From a virus, in the IMG/VR virus record IMGVR_UViG_3300012920_000022, positions 1 to 64,000 of that record: a DNA stretch of 64,000 bases. The stretch is one strand, 5' to 3'. Positions 9,860 to 20,034 of the stretch are shown one piece after another. The translations under genes were made by a program, and so were the position numbers. The number at the start of each line of letters is the position of its first letter. Position 1 is the first letter of the stretch. Under the pieces are notes generated by a model. It was given only the letters and a program-made list of their open reading frames with translations. It did no database searches and was not told the origin of the DNA.

Positions 9860-11512
9860 TTATACTAACTCTATTTTTTCTATTGACTTGTTATTATTCT
9901 TTAATATGGCTATAATTTTAAATCTATCATTATTTAAAGAAGTGCTATTAGTTCCGAAAGTGAATGAAAATTCACTACCTTGAACTTGTACTTTGGCACC
10001 TATACTATTGGTTGGTGAATCACCAGTTCCAGTTCCATTTATATCTCCAAAAAATTTACTAATATCAAAATATAAATCTTGGGTTTCCAACCATAATAAT
10101 AAATTTAAATCACCAGTACCGTATGGGGATATATCACCATCTATTAAATTACCAAAATCTATGATACCACCATTGAGTATACCACTTTCTATAATTCTTT
10201 CATAGTATTGATCACCAGTCTTTAAAGGATAATCAATATCTCCATATACTAATTGACCACATCTAACTTGAGCTTCACCATTAGGTAATGATATTGTGGA
10301 GTCAAACGAAGTCATGGTACCTGATATTAATCTTCTATCTTCATCATGGAATAATTCTGTGATACCAGTACTGATTATACCAAAAGTGTTTATAGATTTA
10401 TTAAAATTACTATTTATATTAAATGAATCCACAGCAGCAGCATTGTTATTTGGTTTAGTTACCGTAACCTGTAATATTGGATTTAGATCACATATACCAG
10501 CATCATTTAATATTACTTCCGCATTGTTAACTGAAAATTGATCATTATATGCAGGGATTGTTTGTGGATCTACGTCCATGCCAGTAAACCCAGGGCATGA
10601 TATTTTAGTGACTCCGGATACGCTATAAACCTTATTAAATGCATCATCAACATCATAGCTAACCAAAAATTTAGTACCTATGGTTAAATATTGGATTCCA
10701 GATACATGCTTTATAACTTCATCTATGGGATTGAGTATAACTAATATAGGTGATACAAATGACGGCAATGTCAAATTATCATCATAATATGCATCCAACA
10801 AATCACTATTTCCGGAATCACTATGTCTAATCTGATAGGTGGTAAGTCCTTCAGAATATCCAGTATTACTTAATCTGCCTTGAGATTTATTCCAAAATGG
10901 GTTTGCATTTCCTATATTGAAAGCACTTATGATATTATTAGCACCAGTCCCGTCTATGCCACTGGTCATATCATAGAAATCTTCATCAACACCATCTATA
11001 TTACCATATATTATTCCAAATGTGGGGGGGTCATTGGCTGCACCAGCGAAAAAATCTGGTGATTCTATTACTATATTATTTAAATATATCAGATTTGAAA
11101 TGTTGGTACCAGCAGGTACTTTGGTATACCATGTGGGTGATAATCCAGATGGTAATATTCCCAAATATGTGGATGGAGATACTATTTCTATTAACGATAA
11201 AGATGGTGGTTCTGGTGGAATTAATAGGGAAATATGGTTAAGATTAATTCTGGTTTGATTTGCAAGTTTATCTAATGCATCTTCTACATTTAATGGTAAA
11301 GTTGTCCAATCCCACCATATAACATCATTTGTATTATATGTTACATTTTCAGCGTCTACAACTCCACCAACTCCACCTTCTAATGGTATTACATTGCCAT
11401 CGTCTTTTTTTACCTTAGTTATGTTGTCAGCATCTAAGAATATGGTAATTTTACCAGTTGGTGGAGTTGGTACTACATTAGCATCAGATTTTTTTAATAT
11501 TATCTTGGACAT
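9860..11512 (-). CDS. Virion structural protein (fibre/decoration-like)
   Basis: N-terminal PTPPTGKITIFLD..KKDDG module shared with 60364..62418; ATAAATAA upstream. Confidence 0.55.
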   Translation of the reverse strand: MSKIILKKSDANVVPTPPTGKITIFLDADNITKVKKDDGNVIPLEGGVGGVVDAENVTYNTNDVIWWDWTTLPLNVEDALDKLANQTRINLNHISLLIPPEPPSLSLIEIVSPSTYLGILPSGLSPTWYTKVPAGTNISNLIYLNNIVIESPDFFAGAANDPPTFGIIYGNIDGVDEDFYDMTSGIDGTGANNIISAFNIGNANPFWNKSQGRLSNTGYSEGLTTYQIRHSDSGNSDLLDAYYDDNLTLPSFVSPILVILNPIDEVIKHVSGIQYLTIGTKFLVSYDVDDAFNKVYSVSGVTKISCPGFTGMDVDPQTIPAYNDQFSVNNAEVILNDAGICDLNPILQVTVTKPNNNAAAVDSFNINSNFNKSINTFGIISTGITELFHDEDRRLISGTMTSFDSTISLPNGEAQVRCGQLVYGDIDYPLKTGDQYYERIIESGILNGGIIDFGNLIDGDISPYGTGDLNLLLWLETQDLYFDISKFFGDINGTGTGDSPTNSIGAKVQVQGSEFSFTFGTNSTSLNNDRFKIIAILKNNNKSIEKIELV

Positions 11513-11534
11513 GGACAGTATGTTTTAAATTACA

Positions 11535-11542
11535 TTATTTAT
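11535..11542 (-). promoter_or_regulatory. T4-like late promoter (ATAAATAA)
   Basis: ATAAATAA 22 nt upstream of the 11512 start of a structural operon; the motif recurs before other virion genes. Confidence 0.5.
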
Positions 11543-11595
11543 CACCACCCATGTCCAGTACACACCAATAATATTAATTTAAAACAATTTTTATG

Positions 11596-11979
11596 CTATC
11601 TTCTGATTACGTTATATAATTTACCATCTTCTATCATATCTTCAACGCCCCATTCATCAACCAATAACATATCTTGTAGTTTATTATCCTTAACCATGGT
11701 AATTGTTTCCTCCTCTGGTAGCGAATCAGGTATTAGTATTACAACCACTATCTCCATCTCGTTTATTTCTAACTGTGGATCTAAATCATATTCTTTTTTA
11801 ACATAATCCATCAATTCTTGACCTCTATTGAAATCAGCTACGGTGTTTTCATATGATTTTTTATAATCATCTAATTCACTAGCAAACCTTTTAGCAACCT
11901 TATTACCAGTGATGGTTGCAGTTTCGTTAATGGACATATTAAATTTTCCAAGTCTTTTTGGTAATTTTGTATTCTTCAT
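11596..11979 (-). CDS. Small head-internal-type protein (family with 18791 and 19668)
   Basis: Leader ..LGKFNMSINE; core DYVKKEYD..P.LE..I...DNKL. Confidence 0.5.
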   Translation of the reverse strand: MKNTKLPKRLGKFNMSINETATITGNKVAKRFASELDDYKKSYENTVADFNRGQELMDYVKKEYDLDPQLEINEMEIVVVILIPDSLPEEETITMVKDNKLQDMLLVDEWGVEDMIEDGKLYNVIRR

Positions 11980-11982
11980 AAT

Positions 11983-13881
11983 CTATTGAAATTTAGATGG
12001 TTTATTATATTTTAAACTATCTTTACCTATGTCACCCAAATCATAATTTGGTGAACAATTATCTATTATATGAGTTTTACTAGAATTAGTTACATGAATG
12101 CTAGTTAAAATAGTATTATGATAATCTTCATTAACATAATTTTTCCACATTCTCATGTAGCCAATATATGATGATGTGGAAATATATTCTATGGGTAATT
12201 CATCAAATTTTAGGCAATCTGGTTCTATATTTTTATTATCAGTATATATCCTGTTAAGTTTGTTGATATATTTTTCTTCACCATCATATAAATTATAGAT
12301 ATCCAAGAATATTTTTGAATATTCTTTACTAATTGATAACACAATTCCATTCCATTTGTTAAATATATCTCCAACTTCAAATAATAAATAATCACCATTT
12401 AAATTTATAACTAAATGATTATTTGAATAATCCACAAATATTCCATTATCCTGATAAATTTTAATAATAGGATACGACTTATCATTGAAATTTATATTGC
12501 AATCTACATCTACATCACTATTTGAAATAATTACAAATGATATATTATCAACAATTTCAACAATTTTATATAATTGGTCACAAATTGTGACATATTCCAA
12601 TATTAACAAATGACAGTGATTAAATTCACTGTTCATCGTTACTTTTACTTTGTTGGGAGAAATTCTTTCAGATCCAGCCACAATAAAACTATAATCGGAT
12701 ACTGCATTTGCATATGATACATCTTTTATTGGATGAAACCACATAGATAATGTAATATCATAAGGTTTCACAGATTTGTTGAATCTTATAGCTATATCAT
12801 CTTTCCCCAATTTGGTCATATCATAATATGAATTCATTATGATATTAGAATTATTAGTGACTTCACATAATTCTATGTTGATCTCCTGATTTATATAGTT
12901 TCTTATATGGTCTTTATCGGATGATATGGGTGTGTTTTGAATGGGATTAGATATATCTTCCATTTCTGATAATAATAAATCATTGAATAAATCGTGTCTA
13001 CTATTAGATATTTCCCCTATAGAATTTATTATATCATCAGATTTGTCTATTGCAACTTCATCATCATATTTTACGAGGTTGAGTACATGATATAACGGCA
13101 AGCCATTTATGCCATTTTTGATATAGTGTGATTTAACACTATACATTCTTCTAAATTTTTTTATGTATATATAGTCTTTATTTCTAGGTTCATAATTACC
13201 ACCAAAAATTTCCATGAAATACACCATATCTATGAATATTTCGGTTTCCTCCCACTCATAACCCCATTCACTATATATAGGTCTCTCATCGGGAAAATCA
13301 TTATTCTCCCTAATAATTCTTATACATTTATTATCAACAGTATTATATAGACTATACTCACTTAAAAACACATCAACAGTATCCATATCTGGTTCTGTTC
13401 TAAAATAATGGCAGTCTATTACTGAAGATTTGTTAATCAAATAACTCATCTGCCTTTCAACAGAATAATTATTGAATAGGTCATTAATATTAGATATGCA
13501 CATGTTTAATGAAACTTCCATATTGCCTATTACTATGGAAGTTTCATTAGTGGGTAAATCAGTGTGTTTTGCTCTATCAACATTAATAATTAATTCATGT
13601 ATGGTTATCGATGATGAATCAGATAATAAGGTATATTTTATTTTAAAATAATGATTTTTTGGGATTAACCTAAGGTTGTTATTATTTAAAGGAATGTATG
13701 GAGACCATAATACTTGGTCGTGTGACCAAGAAAGCTGATATTGTAAGTCACAATCACCAGATAAATCATGATAATAATCTACAATATCCACGTCATTGGA
13801 TAAGAAAAATCTAAAAATATAGGATTGATCCTTTTTATCTAATTTTATATTTAAATTTTTATATTCAAATTCATAATTCAT
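11983..13881 (-). CDS. Neck protein, gp14-like, with C-terminal extension
   Basis: YFRTEPD..DVFLSEYSL and F.EIFG..EPRNKDYIYI..RMYSV gp14-type motifs. Confidence 0.55.
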   Translation of the reverse strand: MNYEFEYKNLNIKLDKKDQSYIFRFFLSNDVDIVDYYHDLSGDCDLQYQLSWSHDQVLWSPYIPLNNNNLRLIPKNHYFKIKYTLLSDSSSITIHELIINVDRAKHTDLPTNETSIVIGNMEVSLNMCISNINDLFNNYSVERQMSYLINKSSVIDCHYFRTEPDMDTVDVFLSEYSLYNTVDNKCIRIIRENNDFPDERPIYSEWGYEWEETEIFIDMVYFMEIFGGNYEPRNKDYIYIKKFRRMYSVKSHYIKNGINGLPLYHVLNLVKYDDEVAIDKSDDIINSIGEISNSRHDLFNDLLLSEMEDISNPIQNTPISSDKDHIRNYINQEINIELCEVTNNSNIIMNSYYDMTKLGKDDIAIRFNKSVKPYDITLSMWFHPIKDVSYANAVSDYSFIVAGSERISPNKVKVTMNSEFNHCHLLILEYVTICDQLYKIVEIVDNISFVIISNSDVDVDCNINFNDKSYPIIKIYQDNGIFVDYSNNHLVINLNGDYLLFEVGDIFNKWNGIVLSISKEYSKIFLDIYNLYDGEEKYINKLNRIYTDNKNIEPDCLKFDELPIEYISTSSYIGYMRMWKNYVNEDYHNTILTSIHVTNSSKTHIIDNCSPNYDLGDIGKDSLKYNKPSKFQ

Positions 13882-13919
13882 ATATCTAATATGAGTTTAA
13901 CTTTATATATTAGATATAT
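13880..13919. promoter_or_regulatory. Inverted repeat forming a symmetric divergent promoter region (TAGATATAT on both strands)
   Basis: atatatctaatat (13880-92) / atattagatatat (13907-19) between divergent neck and baseplate genes. Confidence 0.4.
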
Positions 13920-13924
13920 AAAGT

Positions 13925-14287
13925 ATGATCAGTGAAATGTATTCAAAAGGTATATCTGATGCGGATTATAATGATGATAAATTAGATGAACATAATCCAA
14001 TAGAAATATACACCCAACAAATAAGAACTATATTCATTACTAGTGTTAATAGTGTTATGGGTGCTGGTGATATGGGTATAGATATTGAATCATTAGTATA
14101 TGAGCAAAATTTAAATGAAAAACAAATAGCCAATGATATAAGGGAAAAATTAGAATTATATGCAACTCTTTATAGAGATTTTAGGACTGATATTTCCGTT
14201 AATTTCCATAGAGGAATCAATAGAGATATTGCATATATCAATATAGTGGTGGATAATAATAGAAAATTATCATTTTTTATAAAATAG
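13925..14287 (+). CDS. Baseplate wedge protein, gp25-like
   Basis: 120 aa, QQIRTIF.T....VMG..DMGIDIESLVYE pattern. Confidence 0.6.
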   Translation: MISEMYSKGISDADYNDDKLDEHNPIEIYTQQIRTIFITSVNSVMGAGDMGIDIESLVYEQNLNEKQIANDIREKLELYATLYRDFRTDISVNFHRGINRDIAYINIVVDNNRKLSFFIK

Positions 14288-14293
14288 TACCCA

Positions 14294-14887
14294 ATGAATG
14301 GATTATTAACCAAATATTTTAGTGGAAAATATATAACACAACTACCCCAGACGTTTTTCCTACCCAATACCTATGATAAATGGAATCGTGTAATAAAATC
14401 ACTGAACATGCTACCATTTGAAACTATGGCAGATTTTATTAATCAAGGGGCATTTGAAACTGAAATACCAGGATTAAGAGATGAAGGTACTGATAAACAG
14501 ATATTACCAAAATTCAATAAAAATAGCCGCGTAACCAATAGATCAAAAACATTTAAAGGTAGCATAGATTTACAGGAAAATATAGGGAAAGAATTAATTA
14601 TCAGTTATAGATTATCAGTTTTTAATTGGTTTGTATTATATGATAATTTTATTGAATTCCACGAAAACAAGGACTCACCTACTCACCTACCAGACGTTAG
14701 TACAAAATTACTAAATTTTAATAACGATATAGTGGGTTATATTGTATATAAAGGTATAAGAATGACTGAGCTATCTAGATTAAGGCTTGGATCATCTGAT
14801 AGTAACATTAATTCAAACACTTTTGAATTAAAATTATCATATAATGAATTCAAATTTGTTACTGGATTCGAAAAAACTAGAAATTAA
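14294..14887 (+). CDS. Tail tube-fold protein (gp19/gp54-like)
   Basis: TEIPG, LIISYRL..FNWF, YKG...LS.L and FELKLSYN tube-fold pattern; baseplate context. Confidence 0.5.
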   Translation: MNGLLTKYFSGKYITQLPQTFFLPNTYDKWNRVIKSLNMLPFETMADFINQGAFETEIPGLRDEGTDKQILPKFNKNSRVTNRSKTFKGSIDLQENIGKELIISYRLSVFNWFVLYDNFIEFHENKDSPTHLPDVSTKLLNFNNDIVGYIVYKGIRMTELSRLRLGSSDSNINSNTFELKLSYNEFKFVTGFEKTRN

Positions 14888-14888
14888 T

Positions 14889-15923
14889 ATGACAAATGAG
14901 GAAGAAAATGTATTTAATGATGAAAATGCATTAAATGAACTTAAAAATATCAGTAATCAAGAAGAGGTTACAGATAAATTAGGTAAAGTGGAAACGGAAT
15001 TTATCAAGAAGCAAAAATCCGTAGAAGAATCTAAAAAATTAGCCAAGAATATAGGTTGGAGAAAATTAGATATTGGATCATTACCATCCAAAGGAAGATT
15101 CAATAAACATGGCATGATATTAGAATATAGACCATTATCATTGAATGAAATAAAAGAATACTCTATGGGTATCGATGATAGTGATCCTATATCAATAAAT
15201 GACAGTCTTAACGGTATTCTTAAAAAATGCATTAGGATCAGATACCCAAATATGATGAGTGATTATAAGGATATCATAGACTATGATAGGTTATTTTTGA
15301 TATTTATCATTAGAGACATATCGATGATGAACCATCAAAGGGAAACCAAAATATATCAGGAAACCCCATGTAAATGTGGTCAAATTACCATAAAAAAAGA
15401 AATTACATCACAAGAATTTTCATTTTTAACAATTAAGCAAGGTCTTAATAAGTACTATGATGCCGGAATAAGAGGATTCAGATTAAATGATCCAAATAAT
15501 GATATAGATCTGTCATTTTTTATACCTTCAATAGGAGTATTTGAAGAAGTAAAAAAGTACATAAACGAGAAAAACAAAAAGAAAGAATTTGGTCAAAAAA
15601 ATCATTTTTATGATCTAAAATTCTTAGAATATTATCAGTTTATGGTATCAGATTGGAAAAAAATTAGTGAAAAATCCATAGATGAAGCATATATCAAATG
15701 GTTAAACGATACAAACATAGATGAAACATCACTAATAGTAAAGATGTGTGACATGCTATCTAAAATATCAATAAAAAGTGAAACCGATATCAAATGCACT
15801 AAGCAAGGATGCCAGGAGGTCACCAAAAAACCCATAGTATTTCAAGAAGGATATAGATCTATATTCGATTTTTCAGATATCTCTAAAGGCTTATTCTCAG
15901 ATGCGTTCGATGATGTTGATTAA
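14889..15923 (+). CDS. Baseplate hub assembly protein, gp26-like
   Basis: LPSKG, YRPL..EIK, DRLFLIFIIR and Cys-pair motifs; start reassigned to ATG 14889. Confidence 0.6.
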   Translation: MTNEEENVFNDENALNELKNISNQEEVTDKLGKVETEFIKKQKSVEESKKLAKNIGWRKLDIGSLPSKGRFNKHGMILEYRPLSLNEIKEYSMGIDDSDPISINDSLNGILKKCIRIRYPNMMSDYKDIIDYDRLFLIFIIRDISMMNHQRETKIYQETPCKCGQITIKKEITSQEFSFLTIKQGLNKYYDAGIRGFRLNDPNNDIDLSFFIPSIGVFEEVKKYINEKNKKKEFGQKNHFYDLKFLEYYQFMVSDWKKISEKSIDEAYIKWLNDTNIDETSLIVKMCDMLSKISIKSETDIKCTKQGCQEVTKKPIVFQEGYRSIFDFSDISKGLFSDAFDDVD

Positions 15924-16140
15924 ATTCAACATACCATTTGAAAGTTTTTTAGAATTACCATATTATGAATATGGGTGGTTTATTAAAGAATTAAAAGATT
16001 ACGTTGATAAGCAATCAAATGAAGGTAATAATGAGCATGGGGAATATAGCAAAAACTATGTTAATGAATTGATGAGACAATCCAAAAACTTAGTTAAACA
16101 ACCTAAAATGCCTAAGATTAAGATGCCTAAGATTAAATAA
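15901..16140 (+). CDS. Baseplate hub assembly factor (gp51-like)
   Basis: F.ELPYYEY..FIKEL directly after the gp26-like gene; PKMPKIKMPKIK tail. Confidence 0.4.
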   Translation: MRSMMLIKFNIPFESFLELPYYEYGWFIKELKDYVDKQSNEGNNEHGEYSKNYVNELMRQSKNLVKQPKMPKIKMPKIK

Positions 16141-16171
16141 ACTTTAAAAATTCCATAATTATTCCATCCAA

Positions 16172-16585
16172 ATGAATAGACTAGAAGATTGGGATTTCAT
16201 AAAAACCTTAAATGAGGAAGATGTATCCAAAATACAGAGATTAATAGATACCAAAGATGTGAAAAATTTTAAGATATCTTGTACACTATTAATCTCTCTA
16301 AATATTGACAAACCCACCATACTAGCCTTTCTAATAAAATGTATAAAAGAATATAGAAAAACGGGCACATGGTATATTAATGATTCAAATAAGGCTTTCA
16401 TAAGTGATGGCATGTGTGCAATAAACATAAACACATATGAGAGGAGTACAGGAATATTTAGAACAGATGTTTGGATAAAAGCAGGAAATCATTATTATGC
16501 AAAAAGTTTTCAATCCAGTAATCCCAATGAACCCAAAGAATTAATTGATTTTTTAACAACCATAAAAATAGCATTAGATATATGA
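16172..16585 (+). CDS. Hypothetical protein carrying the LRR-family N-cap motif but no LRRs
   Basis: WDFIKTLNE leader followed by IQRLIDTKDVKNFKIS. Confidence 0.55.
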   Translation: MNRLEDWDFIKTLNEEDVSKIQRLIDTKDVKNFKISCTLLISLNIDKPTILAFLIKCIKEYRKTGTWYINDSNKAFISDGMCAININTYERSTGIFRTDVWIKAGNHYYAKSFQSSNPNEPKELIDFLTTIKIALDI

Positions 16586-16878
16586 TGTACTATGTTGGAA
16601 TTTTATCACTTAATGAAAATCAAAGCCAATCAGTAAATTCAATATTATTAAGAAAATTACTAGAACTCGCAGATTGCAACATAAACAAACCTGATATTAT
16701 ACCATCTTTTGCTAAAAGTTTGATAAAATTTAGATTTACCTCAGATAATAAAAATAAATCTTTGAAAGTTATTGATTTATTGTCATATATAAGTAATTTC
16801 GATACTTTATGTGAAGAAGTTAATAAACAAAGATATGATAATTTTATAACATATCTAGGAAAACAAACGATGACATGA
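16582..16878 (+). CDS. Hypothetical protein
   Basis: 98-aa ORF with ATGA overlaps on both sides. Confidence 0.6.
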   Translation: MMYYVGILSLNENQSQSVNSILLRKLLELADCNINKPDIIPSFAKSLIKFRFTSDNKNKSLKVIDLLSYISNFDTLCEEVNKQRYDNFITYLGKQTMT

Positions 16879-17429
16879 GCAAAATATTCTTCACTTCTGA
16901 TCATCATTTTGGACATAATAATATTATTAATCTTTGTAATCGCCCATTTAACAGTGTGGAGGAAATGAATCAAATAATGATTGATAGGTGGAATGATAGA
17001 ATCAGCCCAGATGATGAGGTTTATTATTTGGGTGATTTTGCTATAATCAAAGGTAAAGAAGAAGTTGCTCATATAATTGACCAACTTAATGGTATCAAAT
17101 ATTTGATTAAAGGTAACCACGATGGGTCTGCATTAAGTAACCCCAAAAAATTTAAATGGATTAAAGATTATCATGAACTTAAAGTAAAGGACTCTGAATG
17201 TGAAAATGGAATACAACGAATTATTTTATTCCATTATGCTATGCGCACATGGAGAGGATATTCACGTGGTAATTGGCATTTATATGGTCATAGCCATGGT
17301 AATTTACCGGATAATAAAAAACAACTGGCTTTTGATGTAGGCGTAGATTGTCATGACTATTATCCACTATCATATGAGGATGTAAAAACCATTATGAAAA
17401 CCAAAAATGGATTCCCATTGAATATTTAA
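16875..17429 (+). CDS. Calcineurin-like metallophosphoesterase
   Basis: TSDHHFGH, LGDF, GNHD, HY, LYGHSH and DVGVD motifs. Confidence 0.9.
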   Translation: MSKIFFTSDHHFGHNNIINLCNRPFNSVEEMNQIMIDRWNDRISPDDEVYYLGDFAIIKGKEEVAHIIDQLNGIKYLIKGNHDGSALSNPKKFKWIKDYHELKVKDSECENGIQRIILFHYAMRTWRGYSRGNWHLYGHSHGNLPDNKKQLAFDVGVDCHDYYPLSYEDVKTIMKTKNGFPLNI

Positions 17430-17452
17430 GCAATATAAATTAAGCAATAAAG

Positions 17453-18292
17453 TTGAAAAAGATAAAAACAGTTTATGATATAAATGAATGTGTAATTTTC
17501 CATAAAATGGAAAATGGAAAATCATTTATAGGTAAAAACAGGGACAGAACCTATTTTTCCAGCATATCAGTAGAAAGATCAAGTTATAATGATATAGAAA
17601 TAGTTGTGATAGTAGATCAAGATACTATGTGGATGGAAGGGATGAATTCCATGGGTATGGGTATTACTAACTCAGCATTGCTTGTTGGATTTGATGAAAA
17701 GGCGAAAAAATTGGCGAAAAAGAACTCTGTAACATCAAAAGATGGCATAATAATAAGAGAAGCATTAAAAATGAATAATATAGAATCCGCAATGACCTGC
17801 TTGAGATATCACATGGGGGGTGTTAGAGGTCACACCATAATTAGTAACAGAGATAGTGTGTATACCATAGAATCAAGCACATATCACGATTCTATAACTA
17901 GCAAAAAAGAATCCTCCATAGGGATTGTTAGAACTAATCACGGTCATGAATTTAGCGGCATTATTGGATATACTTCTGGGGATGATTTTATCAGTTCAAT
18001 TCTTAGAAAAGATCAGATGGGGAGAAATATAAGGGATAGAAATCACGATGATAAATGGTTTGATACCATGACTAAATCAAATTATGACAAAAACTCACCG
18101 TATAACATACGTAGAGATACCGATAAAATGAATACTACCAATCAACTGCTGATGAATTTACATGATCTAGAATTCCATATAAATATGATAAATGATAAAG
18201 GTGAATTTAACGAATTTGTAGACTTGAGTCCAGATATTGATAGGAAGATCAAACTATTTATACATGATAACAACAAAATAAAAGAGATATAA
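17453..18292 (+). CDS. Ntn-hydrolase (C45/AAT/choloylglycine hydrolase-like) with N-terminal leader
   Basis: INE-C..., GKNRDR, EGMNSMGMGITNSALL and VRTNHG motifs. Confidence 0.7.
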   Translation: MKKIKTVYDINECVIFHKMENGKSFIGKNRDRTYFSSISVERSSYNDIEIVVIVDQDTMWMEGMNSMGMGITNSALLVGFDEKAKKLAKKNSVTSKDGIIIREALKMNNIESAMTCLRYHMGGVRGHTIISNRDSVYTIESSTYHDSITSKKESSIGIVRTNHGHEFSGIIGYTSGDDFISSILRKDQMGRNIRDRNHDDKWFDTMTKSNYDKNSPYNIRRDTDKMNTTNQLLMNLHDLEFHINMINDKGEFNEFVDLSPDIDRKIKLFIHDNNKIKEI

Positions 18293-18365
18293 TTTTTAAT
18301 ACAAATCATATATTTTTAGAGGGAATCATACATTTTTAAAATTATTAATCTTTAAAAATTAAAAA

Positions 18366-18794
18366 ATGATGTATTATAACAAATTAGCTAATGACCATAA
18401 AACAATCAATGAAATAGTACAGCTGTTATTTAAAGATGGCATATTGGAAATGTCTGATGAATATGATGAAAACCTAATAGAAAAGGCTATAAATAGACTG
18501 GTAATAGAGCATAATAAAAAAATAACCACATTGGGAAATACCATATCTATGAGTTTATTCCATGAAGGTGGAAATAGAAGAACTGGTAGAACTACAAAAT
18601 TAGTTGACGAATACATAAATAAAATATTGTTGGGTGAGATGGTTGTATGTTATGATCACCATATGTATGTAGATAATGAACTCAATGATCAGGCATATAA
18701 TCTAGTTATTGACAGATTGAATAGAGAGTTTAATATTTCAATAGACAAATTAAGAACGGTAAAAAATGAATTAACTATAAATATTATACAATGA
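18366..18794 (+). CDS. Hypothetical protein with P-loop-like RRTGRTT motif
   Basis: GGNRRTGRTTKLVD. Confidence 0.55.
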   Translation: MMYYNKLANDHKTINEIVQLLFKDGILEMSDEYDENLIEKAINRLVIEHNKKITTLGNTISMSLFHEGGNRRTGRTTKLVDEYINKILLGEMVVCYDHHMYVDNELNDQAYNLVIDRLNREFNISIDKLRTVKNELTINIIQ

Positions 18795-19123
18795 GAAAAA
18801 ACAGATTATCAAAATTCAAGATAAATTCACCAAAATCTATAAATGAAAATGGTGTTGGTGAAGCTATAAAATATTTTGCCGATATAATAAAAGAATCTAA
18901 TACTATAATAGGTGTATTAAAACACATTAGTAAGAACCATAATGTTTCAACTAGAATAGAGCACCATGATGATGGCATAAATATACATGTGGATGTAGAA
19001 CCAGAAGACCATGAAAAATTATTATCTGACAAACAATTTATAAAACTTGTCAAAGATTATTACGATGAAGATGATCTGAAATTTACCTTAGAAAATACAG
19101 ACATGTTTAGTATGGGAATATGA
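18791..19123 (+). CDS. Small head-internal-type protein (family with 11596 and 19668)
   Basis: Leader RLSKFK..SINE; shared core. Confidence 0.5.
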   Translation: MRKNRLSKFKINSPKSINENGVGEAIKYFADIIKESNTIIGVLKHISKNHNVSTRIEHHDDGINIHVDVEPEDHEKLLSDKQFIKLVKDYYDEDDLKFTLENTDMFSMGI

Positions 19124-19352
19124 ATAAAATGGTCAGCATTTTCTATGATAACATATATGACATATAAAAGAAATATGACAAAAACATCTTCTACAATAAA
19201 TAAACCTGACATAAAACAACGAACTAAAACAAAAAGATTAATTAGAAATAATCCATATAAAAAAGAGGCTAAAAGACTCAAGAACTGATGAGTGGATTAT
19301 TTCTAATTAATTAATAATATGATTTTAACCACATTTTTCAATCGAGGGAGTT

Positions 19353-19655
19353 ATGATGAACAACAAAATTAAAAGATTTGTAAGTAATGCAGAAAATGGA
19401 ATAGAAAATATACCGTTTATAAAGAGTGAGCTGATAAAAAACCAATCATTCACAAGAGACTGGATGGCGGAAATTCACAGGAATCATAACGACAATGACA
19501 ATGTAATAAATAGTCTTGTCAGATGTATTTTTCAACTAGAGGATGATGGTACCCACATGCAAACTAGAATAATTGTTATGGGTTCATTAACTAATAGAAA
19601 TGAGAATACCAGAAGATTAGCCACAGAATGTATGTCTAAATGGTCTAACAAATAA
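19353..19655 (+). CDS. Hypothetical protein
   Basis: 100-aa ORF preceded by GAGGGAG. Confidence 0.55.
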   Translation: MMNNKIKRFVSNAENGIENIPFIKSELIKNQSFTRDWMAEIHRNHNDNDNVINSLVRCIFQLEDDGTHMQTRIIVMGSLTNRNENTRRLATECMSKWSNK

Positions 19656-19667
19656 AGCAATACCCAT

Positions 19668-20000
19668 ATGAAAAATATATTGAAGCCTTTCAATTATACA
19701 TCCAGAGTTGCAATTAAAGAAAATTTGGATGCACAAAATTTTTTTAACAAAATAGATGAAATTAAAAAGATACATGATTACTTTGTTAAAAAATATGATT
19801 CTAAACCGTCAATTGAATATAATGGTCACGATGATGAAATATTATTGAGATTACCCACCAAAGAAGATGAACAAGTATTAATTAATGATAAAAAATTAAG
19901 ATCATTAATTAATATGTCTGATGAAGATATGCTACATCAATTAAATACATTACCTGGGTTAGAATATACGTTTAAATTGAGTGATTTTACTAGTGATTAG
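19668..20000 (+). CDS. Small head-internal-type protein (family with 11596 and 18791)
   Basis: Leader MKNILKPF..AIKE; core DYFVKKYDSKPSIE..LINDKKL. Confidence 0.5.
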   Translation: MKNILKPFNYTSRVAIKENLDAQNFFNKIDEIKKIHDYFVKKYDSKPSIEYNGHDDEILLRLPTKEDEQVLINDKKLRSLINMSDEDMLHQLNTLPGLEYTFKLSDFTSD

Positions 20001-20034
20001 AAATTATAAACCCCCCTATGATAAGCTTTCATAT

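Noticed and set aside
18366-18794. Second terminase fragment suggested by RRTGRTT
   Set aside because: No gp17 Q-motif, Walker B, nuclease or intein C-terminal motif; too short to be the missing TerL half.
19120-19352. tRNA or structured ncRNA in intergenic gaps
   Set aside because: No cloverleaf or T-loop (GTTCRA) context was recognised; the gap holds only very short ORFs such as a 37-aa basic peptide that I cannot support.
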